From NCBI GenBank assembly GCA_016930315.1, contig JAFGGX010000018.1:1-45119 (forward strand): DNA of 45,119 nucleotides. The letters run 5' to 3'. This document shows positions 1 to 9,316 of the stretch, one piece after another; position 1 is the first letter of the stretch; the number at the start of each line of letters is the position of its first letter. Source of the stretch: Candidatus Buchananbacteria bacterium (GTDB lineage: Bacteria; Patescibacteriota; Patescibacteriia; Buchananbacterales; UBA6539). The position numbers and the translations under genes were made by a program. Under the pieces are notes generated by a model. That model was not told the origin of the DNA and did not search any database. It saw only the letters and a list, made by a program, of their open reading frames with translations.

Positions 1-1
1 G

Positions 2-2035
2 ATTGACCAAACAATCCTGCAGCAAATCCTTGATAAATTAGAGGCGCTTGATCGACGTCTTAAAAAACTTGAATCAGCCTCGACTGGTTTGGCACCCGAG
101 CCGGAAAAGCCGGTCTTGCAGGCTAAACCTGATCCGGCTGAATCTACCCAAACTCCGGCGGCTCCAGCTCTAGCGCCGAAGAAATCCAATTTTTCCGAAG
201 CCAAAATCGGTAAAGAGTGGTTTAATAAAATTGGTGCGCTATCAATTATCATTGGTGTTGTTTTGTTTATTGGTTACACTTTTCAATATTTAGGACTGGT
301 AGGAAAAATTGCGATTGGTTATCTAGTAGCCTTGGTTTTATTTGGCAGTGGTTGGTTTTTAGTAAAAAAATACAAGTCCTATGCGGATAGTTTGTTGGCT
401 ATCGGTTGGGCAATTGCTTATTTTACTACCTTTGCTACCCATTATATTAGTGCTTCTCGTATTATCGAAAGCGTCAATCTAAATTTATTTTTATTATTTA
501 TTGTTAGTGGCGGTTTGGCAATTTTTTCTTATTTTTATAAATCAGAGCGGTTTTCGGTAATGGCAATTTTGTTAGGAGCAATTAGTGCTATTATTAGTCC
601 AACTCCTTTTCTTAGTCTGATTGCCATTTTAGTTTTGATCCTTTATGCTGCCAGCCTGGCCATTGTAAAGAATTGGGCGGTCCTCGGATTTTCATCAGCC
701 GTAGTTAGCTACGTGACTTATTTTATCAGCTTTGATCGTCAAGGTTATTTCTATTCATTAGACATTTTTAAATTGGGAGCAATTTTTTTGACGATATATT
801 TTTTGTTGTTTGTTATTGCCAGTCTTTTTATGAAGCCGGGAATGTTTAAAGAAGATAAATATGCTGCTTCTTTAATTAGCTTTAATGCTTTTGCTTTTTT
901 TATTTTATTTTTAAGCCAACTCTATCATTTTTATCCGCAACAAGATGGAATTTTTACCACTATTTTTGGTTTGGCTTTATTAATGATTGCTTTGGTCAAT
1001 TATTTGTTTTTTAAAGAGAAAAAATATATCTGGTCTACTTATGGTTGGTTGGGTTGGGGATTTTTGACTTTGGCTATTCCATTGCAGCTGACCGGTACTT
1101 GGATTGCTGGCGTTTGGTTGGCAGAAGGGGCAGCTTTATTGGCGGTTGGTCTGCTTAATAATCGTCAGTCATTTATCAATAAGGGCGCAATTACTATTGG
1201 TTTGTTTTTGGTGCATCTTTTAGGATACGATATTTGGAAAGAAAATACTGTTGATATTTTTGGTCTAGCGGTTAAAAGTCGGGTGATATTTATTGTTTTT
1301 ACCACTTTTGTTTTTTTGGCAATTAGCTTGGTTTGGGAAAAAGCCCGACGGTTGCTATCAGAGCAGTTGAGTGTTTTGATTTTTTTACCTTGGCTGGCGG
1401 TTGCTTTAACGGTGATGCTCGGGTTTGTTTTAGATATTAATCGATATGTTTTGTCGGTGGCATTTTTGTCAGAAGGTTTTGTTATCTATCTGGTTGGGTT
1501 ACTTGCCAATCGGCAGCATTTAAGATTAATTGCTTTGTTGCCATTGTCTTGTTTTGCCTTGCGTTGGTTTGGCTTTGATTTTTTCTATTTAAAAGACGTT
1601 AGTTTAGGTTTATTCGGTAATTTAACTTATCTAACGGCCAATTCCGTTATTGCAATTATTATATTTTATTTCCTCTATACGGCGTCGCAATTCGATAGTA
1701 AATTAGGAGAAGAAGAAAAATCAATTGTTGATTTTTTTGCTCTAGGTGCTTCAATCATTTTAATTTTATTAACTTTTGTTAAAGGTAACGATAGATTAAT
1801 TAGTGTTTCTTGGACAGCTGAGGCTGGTTTAATTTTGACTGCCGGATTTATTTTTAAAAAAAGAATATTACGTTTAACCGGTATCGCTATATTGCTATTG
1901 GCGATACTTAGGGTCTTTATTATTGATTTGTCTTTCTTGGAAACAATTTATCGAATTATTTCTTTTATTATTTTGGGCGGAATATTAATGGCCGTTTCTT
2001 TCCTTTATACGAAATATAAAGATAAGATATTGTAG
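2..2035 (+). CDS. DUF2339-like polytopic membrane protein; start probably just upstream of the window
   Basis: The frame is open from position 2 (IDQTILQQILDKLEALDRRLKKLE..., coiled-coil) into the listed 89..2035 ORF. It has a Pro/Ala linker, a 'WFNKIGALSIIIGV' motif, many TM helices and a C-terminal 'RIISFIILGGILMAVSFLY' typical of DUF2339. Confidence 0.8.
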   Translation: MDQTILQQILDKLEALDRRLKKLESASTGLAPEPEKPVLQAKPDPAESTQTPAAPALAPKKSNFSEAKIGKEWFNKIGALSIIIGVVLFIGYTFQYLGLVGKIAIGYLVALVLFGSGWFLVKKYKSYADSLLAIGWAIAYFTTFATHYISASRIIESVNLNLFLLFIVSGGLAIFSYFYKSERFSVMAILLGAISAIISPTPFLSLIAILVLILYAASLAIVKNWAVLGFSSAVVSYVTYFISFDRQGYFYSLDIFKLGAIFLTIYFLLFVIASLFMKPGMFKEDKYAASLISFNAFAFFILFLSQLYHFYPQQDGIFTTIFGLALLMIALVNYLFFKEKKYIWSTYGWLGWGFLTLAIPLQLTGTWIAGVWLAEGAALLAVGLLNNRQSFINKGAITIGLFLVHLLGYDIWKENTVDIFGLAVKSRVIFIVFTTFVFLAISLVWEKARRLLSEQLSVLIFLPWLAVALTVMLGFVLDINRYVLSVAFLSEGFVIYLVGLLANRQHLRLIALLPLSCFALRWFGFDFFYLKDVSLGLFGNLTYLTANSVIAIIIFYFLYTASQFDSKLGEEEKSIVDFFALGASIILILLTFVKGNDRLISVSWTAEAGLILTAGFIFKKRILRLTGIAILLLAILRVFIIDLSFLETIYRIISFIILGGILMAVSFLYTKYKDKIL

Positions 2036-2056
2036 TTTTTGGGTAATAATTGTCAT

Positions 2057-2087
2057 AAAAAATGGTCAGTTTATCTGGCTATTTTTT
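2057..2087 (+). terminator. Intrinsic terminator hairpin
   Basis: AAAAAATGGTCAG-TTTAT-CTGGCTATTTTTT (with G-U pairs) just after the stop codon. Confidence 0.55.
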
Positions 2088-2157
2088 GTTTTTTAAAATA
2101 TCACTAATTTTGCTATAATCAATCAGTGCTTATTATCCACTCACCAAAAAATAATCA

Positions 2158-3519
2158 ATGAAACAAGCGGAAGCGGAAGAAATCTTGAAAATGGGCCATA
2201 ATGTCTTGCTCACCGGACCGGCCGGTTGCGGCAAGACTTTTTTATTGAATCGCTATATCAAATACCTTAAAGACCATGGTATTGACGTGGGTGTGACTGC
2301 TTCAACCGGGCTGGCTGCTTCGCATTTAAATGGCCGGACCATTCATTCGTGGTCGGGGATTAACGTGGCCAAATCAATTACAGATTTGAACATGAAAAAG
2401 TTACTCAAAAATAATCGGCTCAGGAGTCGAGTGCGCGCCGCTAAGGTTTTAGTGATCGACGAAGTTTCGATGTTAAGCGCTACCCAGCTGGATTTAATTA
2501 ATTATGTTTGTCAGGCGTTTAAACAAGACATTCGGCCGTTTGGTAATTTGCAAATTGTGCTTTGTGGTGATTTTTTTCAGCTGCCGCCGATTGGTCGGGG
2601 TGATTCGGCGGATAGTCGATTTGTGACTGAATCAATTGTTTGGCCGCAGATGGATTTAAAAATTTGTTATTTGGAAGAACAACATCGCCAACAAGACGGT
2701 GAATTTTTAGAAATTTTAGAAAATATCAGAGCGGCGCGCAGCAGTCCAAAAATTTTTGAAACTTTACAGCGGCGATTAAACGAACCGTTAAAAACTAAAA
2801 TTCGGCCCACTAAATTGTATACGCACAAAGCTGATGTGGGGGCCGAAAACGATGTTGAGTTAAATAAATTGCCGGGCCAGTCCGAAACTTATTTAATGAA
2901 TTCCAATGGACCCAGCCGGTTGGTGAAAAGTTTAAAAGAAAGTTATTGCTTGGCCGCCGAAACTTTAGTTTTAAAAAAAGGGGCGGTAGTAATGTTTGTT
3001 AAAAATAATTTTGAGCGTGGGTATATTAATGGCAATTTGGGCAAAGTGGTTGATTTTGATTTTGCCACTCGGCTGCCGATTGTCGAAACTTTTAACGGTC
3101 AGCGGATTTTGGCCGAACCGGAAAGTTGGGGAGTGGAAGAAGGCGACAAAATTATCGCTTCGGTTTGCCAGGTGCCACTGCGACTGGCTTGGGCCATTAC
3201 AGTTCATAAAAGTCAGGGGATGACTTTGGATTGCGCCGAGATTGATTTAAGCAAATCTTTTGCTTTTGGGATGGGTTATGTGGCAATGTCTCGGGTGCGG
3301 TCGTTTGCGGCCATGAAATTAATTGGTTTAAATAAATTGGCGTTGCAAGTTGATAAAAAGGTGGTTGCGTTCGATAAAACTTTGCGTAAAAAATCAGCTC
3401 AGGATTTAAAAATGGTATTAAAAAAAGCCAAAACCGAAATCGAAAAATTAAAGGCAGGGTTCATTAAGGAAAATAAAGAAGGTTTTGTGGAAGATAATTT
3501 ATTTGGTGATTTTGTTTGA
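2158..3519 (+). CDS. PIF1/RecD-like SF1B DNA helicase
   Basis: Walker A GPAGCGKT, ASTGLAA, TIHSWSG, DEVSM, GDFFQLPPI, LAWAITVHKSQGMT, YVAMSR; extended -10 TGCTATAAT upstream (~2112-2120). Confidence 0.9.
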   Translation: MKQAEAEEILKMGHNVLLTGPAGCGKTFLLNRYIKYLKDHGIDVGVTASTGLAASHLNGRTIHSWSGINVAKSITDLNMKKLLKNNRLRSRVRAAKVLVIDEVSMLSATQLDLINYVCQAFKQDIRPFGNLQIVLCGDFFQLPPIGRGDSADSRFVTESIVWPQMDLKICYLEEQHRQQDGEFLEILENIRAARSSPKIFETLQRRLNEPLKTKIRPTKLYTHKADVGAENDVELNKLPGQSETYLMNSNGPSRLVKSLKESYCLAAETLVLKKGAVVMFVKNNFERGYINGNLGKVVDFDFATRLPIVETFNGQRILAEPESWGVEEGDKIIASVCQVPLRLAWAITVHKSQGMTLDCAEIDLSKSFAFGMGYVAMSRVRSFAAMKLIGLNKLALQVDKKVVAFDKTLRKKSAQDLKMVLKKAKTEIEKLKAGFIKENKEGFVEDNLFGDFV

Positions 3520-3561
3520 ATATTTTTTAGAAAAAATATTAATTTATTTGGTGATTTTGTT
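3495..3561. repeat. 22-bp direct repeat flanking an AT palindrome
   Basis: TAATTTATTTGGTGATTTTGTT at 3495-3516 and 3540-3561, with AATATTTTTT-AG-AAAAAATATT between them. Confidence 0.85.
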
Positions 3562-3649
3562 ACTTTTGGTAAAAAGTTTTTATTTTATAAATTATTTTTT
3601 TTGAGATATAATTATTTGTAGTTAAAAATAGATAATTAGATATAAAATT

Positions 3650-4765
3650 ATGAAGATTAGAATTTTATCGTTAGTGATTGTTTTTCTGTGTTTTTTTCCG
3701 CCCTCAGTCTCAGCAGCTCAAGAACAAGCCAGTGATGAGATTTTTAAGGCTAAAGTAGTGGAGATATTAGAAAATAATAAAATCGTTCATGATGACGGCT
3801 CAGTTTCAATTCAGCAAAAAATGAAGCTACGAGGTTTAGATGGCAATTGGAATGATCAAGAAATAATTTTTGATGGTACTCAATTTGACGTTTTATCGGC
3901 CAGTGAATATGGGGTGGGGGATAAGGTTTTAGTTAGTCATAGCTTAAGGCCAGATGGCCAATCTGATTTTTATATTGTTGGTTTTTCCAGAAGCCCGGCT
4001 CTTTATTGGTTGGGTGTTTTGTTTGCGTTTGTTGTTTTGGTAGTCGGGCGTTTAAAAGGGGCTAGGTCTTTAGTGGTTTTATTTTTAACTTTTTTTATTA
4101 TTTTAAAATTTATTATTCCTAAAATTTTAGCTGGTGCTAGCCCATTATTTATTAGTATAGTTGGTTCTTTTTTGATTTTGATTTTAGCAATTTATATTAC
4201 CGAAGGGTTTAAAAAAACTTCTACAGTTGCTATATTTTCAATTTTAATTTCTTTAATTTTAACGGGACTGTTATCAACTTATTTTTCCACCCTGACTAGG
4301 TTGACTGGCTTTGCTAGCGAAGAGGCAATGTATTTGGTTGGTCTTCAGGGCGGGTTTATAAATGTTAAAGGGCTTTTGTTGGCTGGCATTATTATTGGCG
4401 CTTTGGGTGTTTTGGATGATGTGGCTATTTCTCAGGTGATGCTGGTTAAAGAGTTGAAGTTGTCAAATCCAGATTCATCAAATTATCAAATTTATGTTCA
4501 AGCGATGAGGGTTGGTATTTCGCATCTTAGTTCTATGGTTAATACTTTATTTTTGGCCTATGCCGGTGTTTCTTTACCATTGTTGATTTTATTTAGCCTT
4601 AAGCAACCGCCATTTTTGACTTTTGGCCAAATCATTGACAATGAAATGGTTGCCACTGAAATTGTCCGGGCATTGGTTGGCAGTATTGGCTTAATTTTAG
4701 CTGTACCGATTACGACTTTTTTAGCTTCTTATTTTATTAAGCATCAAAAAAGTAGTAGTAACTGA
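3650..4765 (+). CDS. YibE/F family membrane protein
   Basis: Signal peptide, extracellular N-domain, TM region with GIIIGALGVLDDV, SMVNTLFLAYAG, EIVRALVGSIGLILAVPITT motifs. Confidence 0.9.
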   Translation: MKIRILSLVIVFLCFFPPSVSAAQEQASDEIFKAKVVEILENNKIVHDDGSVSIQQKMKLRGLDGNWNDQEIIFDGTQFDVLSASEYGVGDKVLVSHSLRPDGQSDFYIVGFSRSPALYWLGVLFAFVVLVVGRLKGARSLVVLFLTFFIILKFIIPKILAGASPLFISIVGSFLILILAIYITEGFKKTSTVAIFSILISLILTGLLSTYFSTLTRLTGFASEEAMYLVGLQGGFINVKGLLLAGIIIGALGVLDDVAISQVMLVKELKLSNPDSSNYQIYVQAMRVGISHLSSMVNTLFLAYAGVSLPLLILFSLKQPPFLTFGQIIDNEMVATEIVRALVGSIGLILAVPITTFLASYFIKHQKSSSN

Positions 4766-4830
4766 TGTTTGATGATTATTTGACAATGTTGTAAAATATT
4801 AGTGTCTAAATTTTTTAAAATCAAAACTAT

Positions 4831-7341
4831 ATGACAAAAAAAATTACTTCGTTTACTTTGGCCGCCGCTTTTGTGGTTTCGGCCGTGTTTTGCTTTGGTT
4901 TGTCGGCTAAGGCCGCTTCAAGCTATAGCGGTAAATTAATTAAGATGAATGGTTTGAGCACCGTTTATTACGTTGCCTCTGACGGCAATCGTTATGTTTT
5001 TCCTAACGAAAAAATTTATAAATCGTGGTTTTCTAATTTTGGCAGCGTGCTAACGATTGGCGCTGATGAATTGCAGGACATACCGTTGAAAGGTAATATT
5101 TTGTATCGACCGGGTGTGGTGTTGGTTAAAGTAGACAGCGATCCAAAAATTTATGCGGTGACTAAAAATGGAGTTTTAAGATGGTTGCAAAATGATGCAG
5201 TCGCTCAAGCTTTGTATGGTAATAATTGGAAATTGTTAATTGACAGTTTGCCTGATTCTTTTTTCTTTAATTATCAAGTTGGTAGCCCAATTGCTAATGT
5301 CGGTGATTATAACCCTAGTCAAGAAGTCGAAGATGTCAAAACCATTGAAGCCGATATTAATTTAGCCCCGGGCAACGCCAAGGTTTCTGATACGGGCAAA
5401 TGTCAGATTGTCGGTGGGGTGAGAAGTTGTAAACCTGGTCAAGCCACTACCGATAATAACACTAACAATAATACAAATTCAGTGGTTGATAAGACTAGTC
5501 CCTACATCACCAGCATTGCGGTTGCTAATGGCGGCAATATTGGTTATGTCGACGCTGGGGATTCGATTACTATTACTTTTAGCGAACCGATTAACCCAAA
5601 AACAATTAATGGCAGTTTAGTGGCTGGTGGTAGCGTTAGTAATATTGCCTATGCCAGTCCAGGCGGAGTGAGAATTTATTCCTCGGGTAAAATTGATGTT
5701 AACAGCATTATTAGTTTTGATATTGGCTCGGTTAATACGGCCGAAACTTATTTGGTTCGGTTAAATTTAAATTCGGCCGGCAAAGTTTTAACCGTGACTT
5801 TAACCAGCGGTAATGACGATCAAATTATTAATGAAGCTTTCAGTAAGGCCGTTCAAGTTGGTGGTCAGGTTGAAGATTTGGCTGACAATGTAATGACTAG
5901 CCAAGAAAATGTTGTTTATCCAACCGGTACTTTTGGTGGTAATGTTGATGATGGCTCCACTCCTTATATTAAATCAATTGTGGTGGAAAACGGTGGTAAA
6001 GATGGTTATATTGATATTGACGATTCAATTGCCATTACTTTTAGCGAACCAATTGATCCGCAATCGGTTAATACTAATTTGGAACGCGGCGGTTATGTCA
6101 GTTCTATTAATGACTCAGAAGTTGCCGGTTTAAGTATCTATTCTAAGGAATTTAACATCAACGGCATCGCCAGTTTCTATATCGGTTCGGTTTCCGGCTC
6201 CGGCACTTTTGTTTCTAAGGTGGCTTTAAATGAGGATGGTGATGTTCTAACTATTACCATTACCAGCGGTAATTCAATTGTTATCTGGGATGATAATTTC
6301 ACTAACGCCAACCAAATTAGTGGAACAATAACCGACTGCTCTGGCAACAAAATGAAGTCTAACTCAAGCCTTGCTAATCCAGTTGGTACTTTTGGTGGTA
6401 GTTTGTTAGACGAGGCCAACGCCGGCCCGGTCATTACCGGCATTAATGTCTCCAATGGTGGTAGTGATGGGTATATTGATGTTAATGATAGCATTGTGAT
6501 TACTTTTGATAAGCCAATTGATCCGCAGTCAATTCATACCAGCTTGAATGAAGGTGCTTCGGTTTCCGATATTGCTTATTCTAAGCGCGGCGGAGTTCAG
6601 GTTAATTCCGATGGTTTGGTAACGATTACAGATATTGCCAGTTTTGATATGGGTTCGGTTAGTCAATCCGGTACTTTTACCGACAAAATTGCTTTGAATT
6701 CTTCTGGTAAAGTTTTAACCATTACTTTAACCAGTGGTAATGATCTAAAAATTACCAAAGAAAATTTTGGCAATACTAATCAGGTTGGTGGAGCCGTGAC
6801 TGATTGGGAAGATCACAAAATGGTTGCTAAATCTAATATCTTTGAACCAACCGGTACTTTTGGTGGAGTTTATGGCTATACCGGCACTGATGATGGTTTT
6901 GCGCCAAAAATTAATTCGATTCAAATTACTAATGGCGGCGCTAACGGTTATATTGATGTTGGCGATTCAATTGCTATTACTTTTAGCGAACCAATTGATC
7001 CGGAAATTATTGATAGTAGCTTGCATGAAGGTCAATCAATTAATGGAGTTGCTTATTCAAAGACTGCTGGCGTGAGTGTGTTTCCAACTGGTTTGATGTA
7101 TATTCAAGATATTGCCAGCCTCGATGTTGGCACTGTTGCCGGTTCTGGTGTTTTTGGTTCTCGAGTGGCTTTGAATTCAGCCGGTGATGTTTTAACTATC
7201 ACGTTAACTAGCGGCAGTTCGGTTCAAATCACCAACAAGAATTTTAGCGATTCCAAGCAAACCGGCGGGGTGATTGAAGATTTAAGCGGTAATAAAATGA
7301 ATAGTAATTCTAATCTCGGTAATCCGGGCGGAGGTTTCTAG
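4831..7341 (+). CDS. Secreted cell-surface protein: N-terminal YVFPNE domain plus four ~155-aa beta-rich repeats
   Basis: Sec signal (…SAKA/AS); N-terminal GKLIK…VYYV…RYVFPNE…SWF domain; four repeats of P.I..I.V.NGG..GYID..DSI.ITF.EPI.P…P.GTFGG. Confidence 0.8.
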   Translation: MTKKITSFTLAAAFVVSAVFCFGLSAKAASSYSGKLIKMNGLSTVYYVASDGNRYVFPNEKIYKSWFSNFGSVLTIGADELQDIPLKGNILYRPGVVLVKVDSDPKIYAVTKNGVLRWLQNDAVAQALYGNNWKLLIDSLPDSFFFNYQVGSPIANVGDYNPSQEVEDVKTIEADINLAPGNAKVSDTGKCQIVGGVRSCKPGQATTDNNTNNNTNSVVDKTSPYITSIAVANGGNIGYVDAGDSITITFSEPINPKTINGSLVAGGSVSNIAYASPGGVRIYSSGKIDVNSIISFDIGSVNTAETYLVRLNLNSAGKVLTVTLTSGNDDQIINEAFSKAVQVGGQVEDLADNVMTSQENVVYPTGTFGGNVDDGSTPYIKSIVVENGGKDGYIDIDDSIAITFSEPIDPQSVNTNLERGGYVSSINDSEVAGLSIYSKEFNINGIASFYIGSVSGSGTFVSKVALNEDGDVLTITITSGNSIVIWDDNFTNANQISGTITDCSGNKMKSNSSLANPVGTFGGSLLDEANAGPVITGINVSNGGSDGYIDVNDSIVITFDKPIDPQSIHTSLNEGASVSDIAYSKRGGVQVNSDGLVTITDIASFDMGSVSQSGTFTDKIALNSSGKVLTITLTSGNDLKITKENFGNTNQVGGAVTDWEDHKMVAKSNIFEPTGTFGGVYGYTGTDDGFAPKINSIQITNGGANGYIDVGDSIAITFSEPIDPEIIDSSLHEGQSINGVAYSKTAGVSVFPTGLMYIQDIASLDVGTVAGSGVFGSRVALNSAGDVLTITLTSGSSVQITNKNFSDSKQTGGVIEDLSGNKMNSNSNLGNPGGGF
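5500..7338 (+). repeat. Four tandem intragenic protein repeats (start at about 5500, 5962, 6427, 6904)
   Basis: Repeated peptide motifs and repeated DNA, e.g. ATTACTTTTAGCGAACC and CCAACCGGTACTTTTGGTGG. Confidence 0.9.
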
Positions 7342-7359
7342 AATTTATCAGTGATTAAA

Positions 7360-7404
7360 AATTTAAAAAACAGTTCTGCTAAAAGTGGGACTGTTTTTTA
7401 AATT
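7360..7404 (+). terminator. Bidirectional-type intrinsic terminator
   Basis: AATTTAAAAAACAGTTCTGCT-AAA-AGTGGGACTGTTTTTTAAATT inverted repeat. Confidence 0.7.
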
Positions 7405-7436
7405 GGTTGCTTTGGTTGCTTTTAACAAACCAATTA

Positions 7437-7555
7437 TTGTTATTTCGACTGAGTTATGACAAAGACTGGTGGAGCGGAGAAATCCCATCTTAATGATTTT
7501 ACCTTAGATCTCTCGACTCCACTCCGCCAAAAATAAAGCTCGCTCGAAATGGCAA
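7437..7555. repeat. Degenerate REP/MITE-like palindromic element
   Basis: Terminal inverted repeat TTGTTATTTCGA…TCGAAATGGCAA, internal GGAGCGGAGAAATC…AGATCTCTCGACTCC pairing; GC-rich relative to the flanks. Confidence 0.55.
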
Positions 7556-7614
7556 GAAAATGTTTTAGATTTAAAAGGTTTTATTTTTTTCAGGTCTGAG
7601 TTATACTTAAAAAT

Positions 7615-8979
7615 ATGAAAATCTCATTTCACGGAGCCGTCAGAGAAGTCACCGGCTCTTGTCATTTAATTCAAGCGGGCGAAACTAAATTTTTGCTTGA
7701 TTGCGGCATGTTTCAGGGTTCAAATTTTGCCGAAGAGCGCAACAACGATCAATTTGGCTTTGACCCAATGTCAATTGATTTTGTTTTACTCACTCACGCC
7801 CATGCCGATCATTGCGGCCGGTTGCCAAAATTAGTCCACGATGGGTTTAAAGGCAAAATTTTTTCTACTCCGCCAACCAAGGATTTTGCCGCTGTGATGT
7901 TGGCTGATTCCGCTCGAGTAATTGCCGAGGAAGCTAGGGAGCAGGGCCGGTTACCACATTATACTTTAAACGATGTTAAAAAAGCCTTGCAACTTTTTGA
8001 AACGGTTGATTATCGTCAAGAAAAACAAGTGACTGAAAATATTAAAGTAGTTTTTCGTGATGCCGGCCATATTTTAGGCTCGGCTTTTTTGGAAATTTAT
8101 GTCACTGAAAATGGTCAAGAAAAAAAGTTAGTTTTTTCTGGTGATTTAGGCAATCCGCCCGTGCCATTACTGAAAGACACAGAATTTATTGACAGCGCTG
8201 ACGTGGTAATTACCGAATCAACTTATGGCAGCCGAATCCACGAACCCAGCGCCGAACGCTTAAAAATGTTACGAGAAATTTTTACCCGCACTATCAAGGG
8301 CGGGGGAGTTTTAATGATCCCGGCCTTTGCCTTGGAAAGAACTCAAGAATTACTCTACGAACTTAATTATTTAGTAGAAAATCATCAAGTGCCCAGAGCA
8401 CCAGTTTTTGTTGATAGTCCGTTAGCTATTAAAGCCACTACAGTTTATAAAAAATATGCCAAAGATTACGATCGGGCTTCGCGTAAATTAATTGAAAGCG
8501 GTGATGATTTGTTTAATTTCCCGGGCTTAAGCTATACAAGCAGTGGTCGTAGTTCAATGGCAATTAGAAAGATTAAAGCGCCGAAAGTAATTATCGCCGG
8601 CAGTGGCATGTGTACCGGTGGGCGGATTGGTTATCATCTACGCGATTATTTGAGTGATGCTAAAAGTCAGTTATTAATTATTGGCTATCAGGCTCAAGGC
8701 AGTTTGGGCCGGCGATTGCTTGATGGTGAAAAAAGAGTGGAGATTTTTAAAACCCTAGTTGATGTTAAGGCTAGGGTTTCAGCGGTTGGTGCTTATTCGG
8801 CCCATGCTGATCAGCTGAAACTGCTCAAATGGATTGGAGCGATGAAAAAAAATAAACCTAAAAAGATATTTTTGATTCATGGGGAGCTGTCGGCTAATCA
8901 GGGTTTAGCGAAGCGCATTAATCAGCAATTAAAGCTGCCAACCACTATTCCAGTTTATGGCCAAACCTACGAGATTTAG
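7615..8979 (+). CDS. MBL-fold beta-CASP ribonuclease (YSH1-like)
   Basis: GAVREVTGSCH, LDCG, THAHADHCG, AGHILGS, FSGDLG, ESTYG, SAHAD, IHGE motifs. Confidence 0.92.
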   Translation: MKISFHGAVREVTGSCHLIQAGETKFLLDCGMFQGSNFAEERNNDQFGFDPMSIDFVLLTHAHADHCGRLPKLVHDGFKGKIFSTPPTKDFAAVMLADSARVIAEEAREQGRLPHYTLNDVKKALQLFETVDYRQEKQVTENIKVVFRDAGHILGSAFLEIYVTENGQEKKLVFSGDLGNPPVPLLKDTEFIDSADVVITESTYGSRIHEPSAERLKMLREIFTRTIKGGGVLMIPAFALERTQELLYELNYLVENHQVPRAPVFVDSPLAIKATTVYKKYAKDYDRASRKLIESGDDLFNFPGLSYTSSGRSSMAIRKIKAPKVIIAGSGMCTGGRIGYHLRDYLSDAKSQLLIIGYQAQGSLGRRLLDGEKRVEIFKTLVDVKARVSAVGAYSAHADQLKLLKWIGAMKKNKPKKIFLIHGELSANQGLAKRINQQLKLPTTIPVYGQTYEI

Positions 8980-8987
8980 TTTAAAAA

Positions 8988-9049
8988 AACAGCAACAAAA
9001 AAGACGTATTTTTTAATGTTGTTTAAATTACGTCTTTTTTGTTGCTGTT
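8988..9049. terminator. Long perfect inverted repeat (21-bp arms), convergent terminator
   Basis: AACAGCAACAAAAAAGACGTA…TACGTCTTTTTTGTTGCTGTT between convergent genes. Confidence 0.75.
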
Positions 9050-9185
9050 ACTTTGTCAATTTATTGTAAATCCAGGCGAAAATATAGTAACCGATAAAAC
9101 CATCCAAAAAACCATAGATTAGCCCGACAATAATGCCCGCGCCACTCACTTGGTAACTTGGGTAAATATTGCTTATTATTTTGAT
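9048..9185 (-). pseudogene. N-terminally truncated small membrane protein of the 'bacteriophage holin'-annotated family
   Basis: Manual translation gives IKIISNIYPSYQVSGAGIIVGLIYGFLDGFIGYYIFAWIYNKLTK*. This resembles the YPGY…G..IG..YGF.DG.IGG..FAW.YN family C-half. In-frame TAG directly upstream, no ATG; not in the ORF track. Confidence 0.6.
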
Positions 9186-9316
9186 CTATAATTAAATTTT
9201 TTAAAAAAATTGGTGTGTCAAAGTCACAAATTCATTCCGAACGATTTGGCTTTTAGGTTGCTCAAAATTTTAATTCAGGTTAGAATCGTTGGGAGAGACG
9301 ATTCTTATATTAATTT

